Shown here: positions 62,696 through 64,000 of the stretch, piece after piece
How positions within the stretch are numbered: position 1 is the stretch's first letter
How the letters are laid out: each line of letters begins with the position of its first letter
NCBI GenBank assembly: GCA_963788655.1
Contig: CAWBHS010000081.1
Span: 64,001-128,000, forward strand
Direction of reading: 5' to 3'
DNA from: an uncultured Verrucomicrobiae bacterium
Lineage (GTDB): Bacteria > Verrucomicrobiota > Verrucomicrobiia > Limisphaerales > JAFGQR01
Length of the DNA: 64,000 nt
Program-made: the position numbers and the translations under genes
The notes under the pieces: model-generated
The model's input: only the letters and a program-made list of their open reading frames with translations
The model's database searches: none
What the model was told of the DNA's origin: nothing

Positions 62696-64000
62696 ATGAG
62701 TAAACCAATTGATAGCCAAGTTGCCATGCGCTTTTCAAAACAGGCGGTACGGGGTTTTCAGTCGCCGTTCTTCATTGTTAATGCAAACCGATTGCTGCTG
62801 CTGTTACTAATCGGCTTGAGTGCTCCCCAGTGCCTTCGGGCCGATTTTGTGGTGTTCGCGGGCGCGGGCAAACCAGTGCCAACGGAATTTTCCCTGGTGA
62901 CCACCAACCGGGAACTGGTCTATGGCGTCTCGGTGGGACAGTCACCGGTAGCGGGAACACCGGCCTATGAGACGTTTTCCGGGAACGTAAGCTTCGGCAT
63001 TCCGACGACGTACCTGTTACAGGAAGATCCTGCCGGCAGCGTACTCGCCCACGTTTTGACCGGGCTGAACCCCAATCGACGATACGCATTGAAAGGGACC
63101 ACGATTCGAGGCGGTTATCCCGACCGCTGGACCTTGTTCGAGTTGCTCGGGGCGCAATCGATTCGTAGCGCGCACACCACCAATTGCCTAACGACCGCGC
63201 AAGTTCCGGATTCTGGCCGCCAACCAGGTCGCCCTCAACACCGGGGCCAACAACACGGCGGACACCGGTGATTGTTTCGAGTGGCAGGACGTGCAATGCA
63301 GTCCGGAAGGCACGCTGGTGATTTACAGCCGTCAATACACCGGGCCGGTACCGGGGGGAACTGCGGCGGGCGTTTATGCTTACGCTTTGACCTTTCTGCG
63401 GGTCGAGGAGTTCGGGGACGCTGCGGGGCCCGTCATCATCAGCCAACAACCCCAAAGCCGAACAGTGTTATATGGAGGCCAGGCCACATTTTCGGTGAGC
63501 GCTTTTGCTTCGGGCGCGCCGGTCTCTTATCAGTGGCTAAAGGACGGAGCAGCCATCCCCAACGCTACCGGCAGCCTCTATCGAATTCTCTATGCCACTT
63601 CGCCGGATGCGGGCGTTTATTCGGTGGTAGTCAGTAATACGGTTAACGCGGTGACCAGTGCGCCGGTGGCGTTGGTAGTGGGCTCGCCAGCGCCCTTCAT
63701 TGTCGCCCATCCGGTCAGCCAGTTGTTCGCAACGGGAGCCGATTACGTGTTTGCCGTGCAGGTCGCGGGAGCACTGCCGCTGCACTACCAATGGCAGTTT
63801 GAGGAAGTGGATCTGCCGGGGGCCACTGCCCACGAACTGTTAGTAGCGGGAGCGCAGCTTGAAAACACAGGCCGTTATCGGGTGCTCGTTTCCAACGGTT
63901 ACGGAACGGCGATCAGTTCCAACGCCCTCCTGACTCCGTTCACGATTGACGGCGCGTTGAATTCTCCGAACTTAGATTGGACGATTTCGTACTTTGATGA
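62696..64000 (+). CDS. Secreted immunoglobulin-domain protein (partial), +1 frameshift near 63210
   Basis: Hydrophobic leader. After the frameshift: IISQQPQS..GQATFSV..YQWLKDG.AIPNAT..DAGVYSVVVSN and a second Ig domain (YQWQF..LPGAT..GRYRVLVSN). Runs off the right edge. Confidence 0.78.

Overview
GC-rich bacterial window; gene content and motifs suggest Verrucomicrobiota (Pedosphaera/Limisphaera-like), which is an inference. Positions 1-10596 (- strand) are one uninterrupted giant ORF (>3,500 aa, runs off the left edge, so the ORF track misses it), with an N-terminal LEPR-XLL motif and RTX Ca-binding repeats. Next come an ABC-2 permease, two decayed secreted/outer-membrane genes, a kdsC-lptC/A-lptB-hprK-ptsH cluster (consensus sigma54 site before hprK), fabI, an MFS transporter, an FmdB-type zinc ribbon and apbE. 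A two-gene module then encodes a PqqD/RRE-like + M50 protease + HlyD-type fusion and a SecA paralog lacking its C-terminal region. This module is the best candidate for an unusual export system for LEPR-XLL giants. Beside it lie decayed RAYT/IS200-like transposase remnants, one interrupted by a 208-bp antisense copy of the M50 gene's 5' region. Further right: pgsA-like, a HAD/hypothetical/RfaE-like kinase operon, exoD, a SWIM-SNF2 helicase, tex, two tandem secreted paralogs with homogenised 3' ends, an M28 peptidase, ymdB, a Tat serine hydrolase, tRNA-Ser(GGA), a GH55/GH71-99-like cluster with a truncated vapBC, and the start of an Ig-domain protein. Intergenic spaces carry many REP-like palindromes. 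Six isolated +1 frameshifts look like sequencing errors. No CRISPR array or rRNA seen.
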